From: Isurus oxyrinchus
Taxonomy: Eukaryota
DNA length: 64,000 nt
Reading direction: 5' to 3'
Assembly (NCBI GenBank): GCA_026770705.1
Contig: JANJGN010000026.1
Coordinates: forward strand, 32,302,001-32,366,000
The position numbers and the translations under genes were made by a program. Numbering within the stretch: the first letter of the stretch is position 1; each line of letters opens with the position of its first letter. Positions 61,959 to 64,000 of the stretch are shown here, piece by piece. The notes below the pieces were generated by a model, which ran no database searches, had not been told where the DNA came from, and saw only the letters and a program-made list of their open reading frames with translations.

Positions 61959-62296
61959 GTTCAAAATCCGATGATATTCAGGTTTCAATAACTTGGGCGA
62001 CTGTCTCAGATTCTGATGCGATGTTTGGTTTGAGTTTCCTGACTGAAAAATTCTCCCTGTGAAATTGATTTAAAACAGAAAAAAGGGAGTGAGAGAGAAC
62101 CCACAGAAACACAAAGGCAGGTTGTGAAATTGAACTTAATGATTCTGGTAATTTTGGGGGCCAGAACTAGGAAAAAATTACCATGAAAGTTGTTGGATTT
62201 TTTGTAAAAACCCAACTGGTTCATTAATGTCCTTCAGGGAAGGGAACCTGCCTCCAGTCTGGGCTCCACAAGACTCTGGCCTCTATGAGAACACTA

Positions 62297-62650
62297 GGGG
62301 AAGGCGGTGACATAGTGGTTTTGTCACTGGACTGGTAATCCAGCGACCCAGGTAATGCTCTGAGGATCCGGGTTTGAATGCTACCACGGCAGATGGTGAA
62401 ATTTGAATTGAATAAAAATCTGGAATTAAAAGTCTAATAATGACCATGAAACCATTGTTGTTTGTCATAAAAACCCATCTGGTTCACTAATGCCCTTTAG
62501 GGAAGGAAATCTGCTTTCTTTGCCTGGTCTGGCCTATATGTGACTCCACACTCACAATGCAGTTGACTCCTAAATGCCCTCTGAACAAAGGATGGGCAAT
62601 AAGTGCTAGGCGAGCCAATGACACCCACATCCAATGAATAAAGAAAAAGA
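62297..62650 (+). mobile_element. Full-length tRNA-derived SINE sharing its 3' tail with the second CR1-like LINE family
   Basis: A/B boxes (GGTGACATAGTGG; GGGTTTGAATG), tail GGATGGGCAATAAGTGCT..CCCACATCC..AATAAAGAAAAA. Confidence 0.85.
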
Positions 62651-63099
62651 AATAGGAGCAGGAGTACACCATAAGCCTCAATGAGCCTGCTCCGCCATTC
62701 AACATGATTGTGGTTGATCTTGGTCTTTAACACCACTTTCCCACATGCTCCCCATTTCCCTCGAATACCTAAGAAACCAAAAATCTCTCCATCTCAGCCT
62801 TAAATATATTTAAAGATGGAACATCCAGAGCCCTCCTGGATGGAGAATTCTATGTGACGAGAAAAAGAGAGAGAGAAGTGGGAGAGACACAGAGAGAAAG
62901 AATGAGAGAAATAGGATAGAGAAAGAATGAGAGAAATAGAAGAACACAGGAGAGACAGAAGAGAGACGGGGGCATTTTAGAGACTGACAACTGAACCACA
63001 ATTTGATAGAATCTCCCAAACCCTCAACCCCCACCATCTAGAAGGACCAGCATAGCAGGTGTATGTGAACACCATCACCTCCAACTCACACACTGTTCT

Positions 63100-64000
63100 G
63101 ACTTGTCTGATATCCAGGACTGGATGAGCAGAAAGTTCCTTCATTCAAATATTGGGAAGATGAAAGTCATTGTCTTCAGTCCCCAATACAAACTTCACTC
63201 CCTAGCCAATGGCTCCATCCCTCTCCCTGACAACTCTCTGAGGACGAAACAAACTGTTCAAAGCTGTGGTGAAATATTTCACCCCAAGATGAGCTTCCAA
63301 CCACATATCCACATCATTATCAAGACCGCCTGTTTCCACCTCAGTAACATCACCCGACTCCACTCTAGTCTCAGCTCATCTGAAACTGCCATCCATTCCT
63401 TTGTTATTTCTAGGCTGAACTCTGGCTGGAGGTTCTAGATTCAAGGGACACAGTCTCAGAATAAGGGGCAGGCTATATGGAACTGAGGTGAGGAGGAATT
63501 TCTTCACTCAGAGGATGGTGCATCTTTGGAATTCTCTGCCCCACAGGGCTGTGGAGGCTTAGTTGTTGAGAATGTTCAATACTGAGATCGATAGATTACT
63601 ACATATAAAAAACATTGGGAATTATGGGATAGTGCCAGAAAATGGTGTTGAAGTAGAAGATCAGCCGTGATCTCATTGAATGGCATAAGGGCTCCAAGGG
63701 CTGAATGGTCTATTGCTGCTCTTATTTCTTATGTCCTTCCTAATGCACTTCCGGCCGGTTTCCCACATTCAACCTCCCAATAATCTTTAGGTCATCCAAA
63801 ACACTGCTGCCCGTATAATTACTCGCACCCAGTCTTATTCACCCATCACCCCTGTGCTCACTGACCTATGAAAGTTCCTGTTTAAGAAGCACCAACATTT
63901 TAAATTTCTCATCCTTGTTTTCAGGTCCCTCCATGGTCTCACCCCTCCCTATCTCTGTAATCTCCTCCAGCCTCACAACCCACCCAGGTCTCTGCACTCT
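63100..64000 (+). mobile_element. L2 fragment interrupted by a CR1 3' end (~63425-63735)
   Basis: SDIQDWMSRKFLHSNIGKMKVIVF; paralogous to 51805-53100. Confidence 0.8.

Overview
Eukaryotic genomic DNA from a cartilaginous fish (shark/ray; inferred from the IgM-type VH/JH sequences, CR1/L2/RTE LINEs and Deu-/V-SINEs). The window is repeat-dense and has three zones. (1) 10.3-12.9 kb: an unusually compact immunoglobulin heavy-chain mini-cluster. It has a leader, an IgM-type VH with a 23-RSS, a germline-joined D(D)J behind a 12-RSS, and then TM1/TM2 exons only ~0.7 kb after JH. There are no constant-domain exons and no secretory tail, and the VH carries an in-frame stop. (2) 16.9-31.3 kb: a decaying tRNA cluster (Leu, Ser, Glu, Val pseudogenes). 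It includes a ~1.6-1.7 kb tandem array headed by tRNA-Val copies, some units carrying a fold-back insertion of a short element with a minimal hammerhead-ribozyme fold. (3) 32-64 kb: four tandem C2H2 zinc-finger paralogues (one intact 13-finger ORF, one 5-finger ORF, two decayed) with CpG-rich promoters sharing a GC-box/CCAAT/NRF1 module. Most short ORFs in the supplied track are retroelement fragments or noise. Repeat boundaries are approximate and were read by eye.
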